This document shows, piece by piece, positions 26,707-32,959 of a stretch of DNA of 49,322 nucleotides; within the stretch, counting starts at the first letter, position 1; each line of letters opens with the position of its first letter. This DNA comes from Anaerolineae bacterium (GTDB taxonomy: Bacteria > Chloroflexota > Anaerolineae > UBA1429), in the NCBI GenBank assembly GCA_021162655.1, contig JAGGYI010000118.1, forward strand, positions 1-49,322. Direction: 5' to 3'. The notes beneath the pieces are model-generated. The model was given only the letters and a program-made list of their open reading frames with translations, did no database searches and was not told where the DNA came from. The position numbers and the translations under genes were made by a program.

Positions 26707-27960
26707 CTACCCTTGAATTGCCTCTTTTAACTTTCCCTCCAAAGTTTTGCTAGGGAAATAGGTATAGCCAGCAGCGGAAACTGGTTGCGTTTCTTTTGCC
26801 CAAGGAACTTCCATCTCGGCGAAGAGAGTTCCTTTTGAATAGGCCTCCTGTAGGATCTCCTCCATATTTTGAATACAGATCAGTTCCGTACCATCATCGC
26901 CTCGGCAGGTGTAGAGGAACCGGGAAGGAATTGAGAAACATCCTTGGCTGGATTCAAAAGCAAGGTCAATAGCGAGCACATGGGGTCCTCCTTCGTTCAA
27001 TCCACAGAGAGGTGCGGAATCTTTGCCCATGGCAACTCGGGCCACTTGTTCAAAGGGGCGCTGGTGAATCGTTTCTGGAGAGGGGTCAGCGAATTCCTCC
27101 TTCTTGCCATCTGTGTAATAAATGGTCGCGACATTCCCAGGAGCTTGCCATTCGACGTATCCCTTTTCGCCGATGATTTGCATGATAGGATGAAGGTTCC
27201 TTGAGAGGGAATGGCTGGCATAGTGGAGGATGCGAGTTCCAGAAGCCATCTGAATCTCGATGCACGAAGTATCATAACTGGGGATAGGTTTCGCCCGGTA
27301 CAGCTCTGCTCTAACTCTGGCTATCTCGATTTTACCTCCTTTTTGAGCACCTGCTAGATAGAGCATATTGGTGAGATAATGGGCCGTGGCATTAGTGGCA
27401 GGCCCATCGAGGACCCAACTTTCTCCTAGGCGGAGCTGCCCAGCCCAAGAATTACGCGCGTAGTAGCTGGCTGGGCGTGGCCAGCCGATAAGACTGCGCA
27501 TCTCCTTGATTTGTCCCAGAGCTCCACTTGTGATCTTTTGCCGAAGCCACTGGATAGTGGGAGAATAAATCATTTGGTACCCTATGGCGCACCAGCGTCC
27601 GGCTTTTTGCTCTGCTTCTTGAAGGCGGCGTACTTCTTGAATAGTTGCCGCAACGGGCTTTTCGATAAGCGTATTGTAGCCGGCGCTCAGGGCTTGGTCT
27701 CCCAGAGGAGCGTGGGAAGGAATACCGGTGGGGATGCCAATGATATCCAGGGGTTGTTCTCTTTGTGCCAGCATCTCGGTAAGGGAAGAGTAGATGCGGC
27801 AGTGCTTCTGTTTAAGAAAAGCGATTTTCTCAGAGTACTTGGCAGGGTTGCGCACAACAGCAGCGGCTAGGCGGCCAAGCCCTTTTTCTTCCAGTGCTTG
27901 TAAACATTCAATCCAAGTGGTGGCAAATCCTCCAATGCCCACAATCCCAAAGTGTATCAC
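26707..27960 (-). CDS. Gfo/Idh/MocA family oxidoreductase
   Basis: 417 aa. The N-terminal Rossmann region is HFGIVGIGGFA, with EKP in TLIEKPVA. It has a GTG start with AAGGAGG upstream. Confidence 0.75.
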   Translation of the reverse strand: MIHFGIVGIGGFATTWIECLQALEEKGLGRLAAAVVRNPAKYSEKIAFLKQKHCRIYSSLTEMLAQREQPLDIIGIPTGIPSHAPLGDQALSAGYNTLIEKPVAATIQEVRRLQEAEQKAGRWCAIGYQMIYSPTIQWLRQKITSGALGQIKEMRSLIGWPRPASYYARNSWAGQLRLGESWVLDGPATNATAHYLTNMLYLAGAQKGGKIEIARVRAELYRAKPIPSYDTSCIEIQMASGTRILHYASHSLSRNLHPIMQIIGEKGYVEWQAPGNVATIYYTDGKKEEFADPSPETIHQRPFEQVARVAMGKDSAPLCGLNEGGPHVLAIDLAFESSQGCFSIPSRFLYTCRGDDGTELICIQNMEEILQEAYSKGTLFAEMEVPWAKETQPVSAAGYTYFPSKTLEGKLKEAIQG

Positions 27961-28076
27961 TCAAGGCCTCCTTATCGTTCATTAGCTAGCAGTTTGATTA
28001 TCAAGGATACTACCCTTTCGATTTAGAGAAGTCAAGGGATGAAAGAAACCTTTCCCAAGTGAAAGAAAAGAAAATA

Positions 28077-28105
28077 TTGACATCTTGCTCAAAGTGTGGT
28101 ATTCT
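28077..28105 (+). promoter_or_regulatory. Putative sigma-70 promoter (extended -10) for the intergenic RNA candidate
   Basis: TTGACA (28077-28082), a 17-nt spacer ending in TGg, then TATTCT (28100-28105). The predicted TSS is at about 28112. Confidence 0.4.
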
Positions 28106-28111
28106 TATAAT

Positions 28112-28352
28112 GCAGAGCCTCGAGAGATTGATGAGTCTCGAGCAAAGCGCTGGCAGAAGTGCCAGGGGTGAGGGAGAGACAGCGGAAACGCTGCAGCTTC
28201 TTCATCGCCCGAAGAGGAAGGGCAACCAATCTCAGAGGGAGCTCTTTTCTCTACTTCACGGTGGAGGAAAGGGACTTGGCAAAAAGGAGGAGACACTCCA
28301 TAAAAACGATGCCAGGGCAGCGTGAGAGCTCAGAGGTCACTTGAGGCTCTGC
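28112..28352 (+). ncRNA. Candidate structured small RNA (~240 nt; rod-like base, 6S-like or novel class)
   Basis: It lies in a 447-nt gene-free gap. A perfect long-range helix joins 28112-28121 (GCAGAGCCTC) to 28343-28352 (GAGGCTCTGC), extendable to 13 bp. Two further nested helices are 28132-28139/28324-28332 and 28150-28155/28310-28315. A GNRA-capped hairpin CAGCG-GAAA-CGCTG is at 28180-28193. The composition is purine-rich. No downstream gene lies on this strand. Confidence 0.35.
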
Positions 28353-28407
28353 ATTTGGTTTGTAGGGTAAATTGGGCTGGCCTTCAATTAAGGGCTGGCT
28401 TTTTTAT

Positions 28408-28935
28408 TTACCAGCGCTCATAATGCACGAGTTGCTCAAAGCTTTTGCGGAGCTTTGGCTTGGGGGAGTCAGCTGGATAACCCAGAGGAGTGAAAGCGAT
28501 AGGCTCGACGTTGGCTGGGAGGGAAAGGACTTCTCTAGCTGCTCCGGGATCGAAGGCACCTATCCAGCATGTACCAAGCCCTTCTTCTGTGGCAGCCAAA
28601 ATAAGGTGATCCATAGCAATGGCAGCGTCGACGTCGGCATAGTTTTTTCCATCGCGGCGAGACCAGCATTGCTCAGGAATAGCACAGACACAGAGAACCA
28701 AAGGGGGCTGCTTAGCAAACCAGTCAGCGTGGTAGATGCGTTCTAGTTCTTTCTCTTTTCCCTTGGTGTGAATGACGATAACTCCCAATGCTTGGCGATT
28801 GGCTGCAGTCGGGGCAAGAATAAAGGCTTCCAAGATCCTGCGTAAGCTTTCCTTGGGGATGTCTCGGCTTTGGTAGGCTCTAACTGAATACCGCTTGCGA
28901 ACAAGTTCAGCAAAATCCATGAATCCCTCCTTCAA
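28408..28935 (-). CDS. Nitroreductase family protein (FMN-dependent)
   Basis: 175 aa. RYSVRAY, APTAANRQ and GLGTCWIG are typical small nitroreductase motifs. Confidence 0.8.
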   Translation of the reverse strand: MKEGFMDFAELVRKRYSVRAYQSRDIPKESLRRILEAFILAPTAANRQALGVIVIHTKGKEKELERIYHADWFAKQPPLVLCVCAIPEQCWSRRDGKNYADVDAAIAMDHLILAATEEGLGTCWIGAFDPGAAREVLSLPANVEPIAFTPLGYPADSPKPKLRKSFEQLVHYERW

Positions 28936-29008
28936 TTATTGTAGCAAGTAGTCGAATTATAGAAAATTTTGAGAAGCATGCCAACGACGGACTGAGGAAG
29001 GTTTGAGC

Positions 29009-29037
29009 TTGACGTGAGCTTCACGCGCTGTTATAAT
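29009..29037 (+). promoter_or_regulatory. Sigma-70 promoter driving the cobalamin riboswitch operon
   Basis: TTGACG (29009-29014), a 17-nt spacer, then a perfect TATAAT (29032-29037). The predicted TSS is about 10-15 nt upstream of the riboswitch P1 helix. Confidence 0.55.
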
Positions 29038-29054
29038 AATGTTGGTCTTAAAAA

Positions 29055-29195
29055 GATGGAGGCTGAGGTGCTCCTGCCGCCCGGATGCGAGGAGCATAAG
29101 AGGGGAAGCCCGGTGAAAGTCCGGCACTGTCCCGCAACTGTAACCTCTAGGTTTGGGACCTAGGGGAAGTCAGGTCGCCTGCCTCAGCCTGTCAT
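29055..29195 (+). promoter_or_regulatory. Cobalamin (B12) riboswitch aptamer
   Basis: P1 pairs GGCTGAGG (29061-29068) with CCTCAGCC (29182-29189). The conserved core is AAGAGGGGAAGCCCGGTGAAAGTCCGGCACTGTCCCGCAACTGTAA. A B12-box-like GAAGTCAGGTCGCCTGCC lies immediately 5' of the P1 3' strand. Confidence 0.85.
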
Positions 29196-29244
29196 TCCGG
29201 AGCCTTCGAGGAAAGGTGATGGGATGGGCTGCTGTTCATGCTCT

Positions 29245-29273
29245 TTCCCACATCTTGTGGGAATTTTTCTTTT
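29245..29273 (+). terminator. Riboswitch expression platform: intrinsic terminator hairpin
   Basis: TTCCCACA-tct-TGTGGGAA (8-bp stem) followed by TTTTTCTTTT. It lies about 55 nt after the aptamer and about 120 nt before the ATG at 29394. Confidence 0.55.
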
Positions 29274-29393
29274 AGAGCTGCCCTCACCCTCCTCGGCTTA
29301 TCTCAAGAGGAAGGAGGGGATTGCCATGCAAGTGGCCTCATAAGCCGGCTGTTCCGTCGACTGTTAGAAGTGCAATCCTCATAGGAGGGCAGC

Positions 29394-32120
29394 ATGAATC
29401 GAACAAAAAAGTTATTACTGCTTCTCGTATTTGTTTTCTTTATAAGTAGCGGGACTTTCCTCCCTGCCAGGGCTGCGGCGCCAAGTATACTTCTTGATGT
29501 TCATTCCCAGGGGACCGTTGTTGACCGTGCGTTGCAGTGGGTTCTCGCTCAACAAAACGACGATGGCTCTTTCCCCTCAACTTGGGACGCCGTGGGCATG
29601 AGCCTTGACGCTGTGTTCGCAGGTGCAGCTGCGGGGGTAGATGTCTCTAATTGGCGGACGGATTCCGCTAATCCTTCTGTGCTTGATTTTTTGGCGGCTA
29701 ATGTTGATGCATATGCTACGGACGCTGCCAAAGCTGGTAAATTCCTGGCAGCTATAGTTGCTGCAGGGCAAGATCCCTGGAGCTTTGGGAACAGAGATCT
29801 AGTTGCATTGCTTTTGGGGTATCAGCTTGCGGACGGGACGTTTGGTACTTCAGTAACCGCGAACGCGTGGGCGATCTTGGGGCTTGTTGCTGCGCGGGAA
29901 TCCGTTCCGGAGGCTGCTATTGCCTTTCTGGAGGGGCAGCAAGCTCCCAACGGAGGATGGGATAGTGGTTGGGGCATAGATACTAACACAACTTCCTTGG
30001 TCCTCCAGGCACTCCTCGCTGCAGGAAAGACCTCCTCAGACTCGGTGATCCAGAAGGGGCTAGCCTACCTCGCCACCCAGCAGAGCGAGAGCGGGGGGTT
30101 TGTTTTTTCCACAGACTTTGGAACAGAGGCAGATGCTAATTCGACGGCATACTGTTTGCAGGCCTTGATTGCTGCGGGAGAAAATCCTTTTAGCTCTACC
30201 TGGTGCCGAGGAGGGCATTCCCCCTTCAATGCTTTGCTAGAATTTCAGCTCCCAAGTGGAGCCTTTGTGTGGAAGGAGAGCCAAGGGGAAGAGAACCTCT
30301 CGGCCACATTGCAGGCGATCCCAGCGGTTTTGGGCAAACCGTTTCCTCTCTCTGGAGTAGTTCCTGCTCTTCGCGATGCGGTGGCCTATCTTCGGGGAAT
30401 GCAAGAGGATGATGGGAGTTTCCCCAGCGGGTTCAGCGCCCGCGCTGCAATGTCTTTGGCGGCACTGGGAGAGGATCTCTATCAGTGGAAGGGCGCTGGT
30501 GGTACATCCTTGCTCGAGTATCTTGAGACGGAAGCTGCCCGGGTAAACAATGTGGGGGTGGCTGGGCGTTTGGCAGCTGCGCTGGCCATGGCGAAAGCAA
30601 ATCCTTACCTTGCAGGAGATGTAAATCTCATTGCCTATATCAAACGAGCGTATCAGGCGGATACAGGAGCTTTTGATCGCCAAGGGAATGTCTGGAATCA
30701 TTCCCTCGCTCTGTGGGGGTTGTATGCTAGTGGTGAACCTATTCCTCCTGAGGCAGTAGCTTGGCTCAAGAGTTGCCAAAATGAAGATGGAGGCTGGGGC
30801 TGGGCAGTCGGAGGGGCGAGTGATAGCAATTCCACGGCTTTGGCTATTGAGACCCTCTTGGCTTGTGGTGTGGCGGAAGATGATCCCGTAATTACGCATG
30901 CCCTGGATTACCTTCGGAGCCTTCAGCTGGGCGATGGAGGGTTCCCCTGGGATGCCACTGGGACAGCGTCTGACGCGGATTCGACAGCTCTGGCAATTCA
31001 GGCTATTGTCGCTGCTGGAGAGGATCCTTCGGTGGGTTGGAACTGGGCCCGGACGATCTCTTCCACAGAGGAGATAACGATCACGGTTCGCAAACCTTTG
31101 GATAGACTCCTCGCTTTACAACGTCCTTCTGGAGCGTTCGAGTGGTTGCCTGGCACTGGGGATAATCTTCTCTCAACAATTGAGGCCTTGCCTGCCTTGG
31201 TCGCTCGACCATTCCCTTGGCAGAGCCCAACAATTAAAGCGGCCCAAAAGGCTATCGCCTGGATAAAGGATCAGCAGCAGGAAGATGGTTCTTTCCCAGC
31301 GGCTTTTGGGCATCCTGCTGGCATTACTCTTGATGTGATCATGGCAGGGATAGCGGCAGGTGAGGATGTTTCGGCTTGGCGGCAGGGTGCTGGAGGAGCT
31401 TCCCCGTTGGATTATTTGGCTTCAGTGGTTGATGAATATGCGACAAGTGCCTCGACTACGGGCAAGCTCATCGTTGGGGTTGTGGCTGCCGGAAGAGATC
31501 CGACTGTCTTTGGGCAGTGCAATCTCATTGAACGCTTACTCAGCTACGAGAGTGAAGGTGCATTTGGCACGACAAGTTTGGACCAAGCTTGGGCTCTTCT
31601 TGCTCTAGCTGCGGCAAAGAGAGCCGTTGATCAAAGTGCTATCGATGTTCTGCTCGGCTTGCAACAAGAGGATGGAGGATGGGAAAGTGATCTTGGGCGG
31701 GGCACGGATACCAATACGACAGGCCTTGCTCTTCAGGCTTTGATTGCTGCCGGGGTGGATCCGAGTGCTCCTGCTATCGATCGGGCCTTGTCGTATCTTA
31801 AATCGCAGCAAAGCTCGAGCGGAGGTTTTACCTATTCTACGGCCTGGGGAACCGAAGCCGATGCAAACTCTACAGCCTTGAGTATTCAAGGACTGTTTGC
31901 AGCCGGAGAAAGCCCCTTTGCTCAGCAGTGGCAGAAGGGAGAGCAAGGTCCAGTGGATGCACTGTTGGCATTTCAGCTTGAAAGTGGGGCTTTCGAGTGG
32001 AAGCCTGGTCAAGGGGAGAACCTACTGGCGACAGCACAAGCAGTGCCGGCGATTTTGCTAGAGGTCTATCCTCTAAGGGAAGTTTCTTTCGTGCATGTTT
32101 GGTTACCTTGGCTTCCTTGA
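29394..32120 (+). CDS. Secreted protein with three tandem prenyltransferase/squalene-cyclase-like alpha/alpha-toroid modules (candidate cobalamin-binding alpha-domain protein)
   Basis: Sec signal MNRTKKLLLLLVFVFFISSGTFLPARA/AA. There are 13 Q..(D/S/N)G(G/S/A/T)(F/W)-type repeats (QQNDDGSF, QQAPNGGW, QQSESGGF, QEDDGSF, CQNEDGGW, QLGDGGF, QQEDGGW and others). GGAGGG is upstream. It is the first gene after the B12 riboswitch. Confidence 0.75.
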   Translation: MNRTKKLLLLLVFVFFISSGTFLPARAAAPSILLDVHSQGTVVDRALQWVLAQQNDDGSFPSTWDAVGMSLDAVFAGAAAGVDVSNWRTDSANPSVLDFLAANVDAYATDAAKAGKFLAAIVAAGQDPWSFGNRDLVALLLGYQLADGTFGTSVTANAWAILGLVAARESVPEAAIAFLEGQQAPNGGWDSGWGIDTNTTSLVLQALLAAGKTSSDSVIQKGLAYLATQQSESGGFVFSTDFGTEADANSTAYCLQALIAAGENPFSSTWCRGGHSPFNALLEFQLPSGAFVWKESQGEENLSATLQAIPAVLGKPFPLSGVVPALRDAVAYLRGMQEDDGSFPSGFSARAAMSLAALGEDLYQWKGAGGTSLLEYLETEAARVNNVGVAGRLAAALAMAKANPYLAGDVNLIAYIKRAYQADTGAFDRQGNVWNHSLALWGLYASGEPIPPEAVAWLKSCQNEDGGWGWAVGGASDSNSTALAIETLLACGVAEDDPVITHALDYLRSLQLGDGGFPWDATGTASDADSTALAIQAIVAAGEDPSVGWNWARTISSTEEITITVRKPLDRLLALQRPSGAFEWLPGTGDNLLSTIEALPALVARPFPWQSPTIKAAQKAIAWIKDQQQEDGSFPAAFGHPAGITLDVIMAGIAAGEDVSAWRQGAGGASPLDYLASVVDEYATSASTTGKLIVGVVAAGRDPTVFGQCNLIERLLSYESEGAFGTTSLDQAWALLALAAAKRAVDQSAIDVLLGLQQEDGGWESDLGRGTDTNTTGLALQALIAAGVDPSAPAIDRALSYLKSQQSSSGGFTYSTAWGTEADANSTALSIQGLFAAGESPFAQQWQKGEQGPVDALLAFQLESGAFEWKPGQGENLLATAQAVPAILLEVYPLREVSFVHVWLPWLP
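29517..32075 (+). repeat. Three ~280-aa coding modules (about aa 42-319, 322-609, 612-894) within the toroid protein
   Basis: Each module starts with ..A..W(L/I)...Q..DGSFP and ends with ..(I/L/V)PA(V/L/I)L....(F/Y)P(L/W). Modules 1 and 3 align nearly colinearly (for example GTEADANSTAYCLQALIAAGENPF and GTEADANSTALSIQGLFAAGESPF). Confidence 0.7.
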
Positions 32121-32130
32121 AGCACGAGAT

Positions 32131-32160
32131 TTCTAGGGAGGCCCTAGGGCCTCCCTAGAA
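32131..32160 (+). other. Perfect 30-nt palindrome / strong hairpin in the intercistronic gap
   Basis: TTCTAGGGAGGCC-ctag-GGCCTCCCTAGAA followed by GTTTTCG. It lies between the stop at 32120 and the next ATG at 32181. Confidence 0.5.
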
Positions 32161-32180
32161 GTTTTCGAAGGAACGTCGGG

Positions 32181-32945
32181 ATGAAGTTGAGAAGGCTCTT
32201 GCTCGGCATAAGTTTGCTCTTTCTATGCTCTGGAACTCTACTTTCCTCTCAAGAGAGGGATGAGCAGGTAGCTCTCGTTGTGGGCTTTGGTGATGGTTCG
32301 TATTTGGTCCGTTGCGTGCCCTGGATGGAAGGGATGACAGGGCTGGACCTTTTGTATGCCAGTGGATTGCAAATCTCAGAAGATCGGGGGCTCGTTTGCA
32401 AGATTGGTCCTGAAGGGTGCGATTACCCCAAGGAGCGCTGTATTTGTTCATCTTCTTACTGGAATTATTGGCACTGGCAGGATGGGGCATGGCGGTATTC
32501 TGGGGTAGGAGCTGGTGGGTATCTTTTGCATCCCGGAGATGTAGATGGGTGGGCTTGGGGCGGAGCTGGCACAGTGCCTCCGACTATTGCACCGGATGAA
32601 ATCTTTGCTCCAGAGCGGGTGGCTCCTGGAATACCTCGAGTTGAGGTTGTGAATGGAGATTTGCTAGCTTGTGTAAACTTTAAGGGTGATGTAAACGGGA
32701 ATGCTCGTATTGAAGGGCACTGTGTTCGAGTGGATGAAGCGGGATCCCAGGTCAGTTGCTCTCTTGACCGCCAGGAGAGTCGTTTTTGTGGGACCCTTGT
32801 TCCTGAAATAAATCAGGGGGTATATCGCATCACTTTTTCTATTTTGGATCCGGATGGGGTAAGAGGAAGCTCCGAATGGACTTTGCTTTTTACGATGACC
32901 AGCCCAGTGTATATCTTCTGCCCTTTTATCTCCAACGGTAATTGA
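32181..32945 (+). CDS. Exported Cys-rich protein with a transcobalamin-beta-like (DUF4430-like) domain plus a C-terminal beta-rich domain
   Basis: Signal peptide MKLRRLLLGISLLFLCSGTLLS. The domain at about aa 29-127 ends in YWNYWHWQDGAWRYSGVGAGGYLLHPGDVDGWAWG. This matches the DUF4430 C-terminal signature (W.Y.vNG....G...Y.L..GD.i.W.Y), recognised from memory. Confidence 0.6.
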   Translation: MKLRRLLLGISLLFLCSGTLLSSQERDEQVALVVGFGDGSYLVRCVPWMEGMTGLDLLYASGLQISEDRGLVCKIGPEGCDYPKERCICSSSYWNYWHWQDGAWRYSGVGAGGYLLHPGDVDGWAWGGAGTVPPTIAPDEIFAPERVAPGIPRVEVVNGDLLACVNFKGDVNGNARIEGHCVRVDEAGSQVSCSLDRQESRFCGTLVPEINQGVYRITFSILDPDGVRGSSEWTLLFTMTSPVYIFCPFISNGN

Positions 32946-32959
32946 CTTGGGAGGATCAA

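Noticed and set aside
28263-28275. GGAGGAAAGGGAC inside the RNA candidate resembles the RNase P RNA P4 motif GAGGAAAGUCC
   Set aside because: The element is far too short for bacterial RNase P RNA, and the other universally conserved RNase P segments are absent. SRP RNA was rejected for the same kind of reason: there is no GGAA-capped helix 8 with the AGCAGC motif.
28059-28325. 88-aa plus-strand ORF in the 447-nt intergenic gap
   Set aside because: It has a GTG start inside the promoter region and no SD. Its composition is low-complexity Gly/Lys/Glu/Arg-rich with no recognisable domain. It overlaps the nested RNA helices, so I treat the region as an RNA candidate rather than a CDS.
28408-28935. 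Nitroreductase gene divergent from the B12 riboswitch, considered as BluB (DMB synthase)
   Set aside because: At 175 aa it is shorter than BluB-type enzymes and looks like a generic small nitroreductase. It is on the opposite strand, outside riboswitch control. A functional link to B12 is not supportable from the sequence alone.
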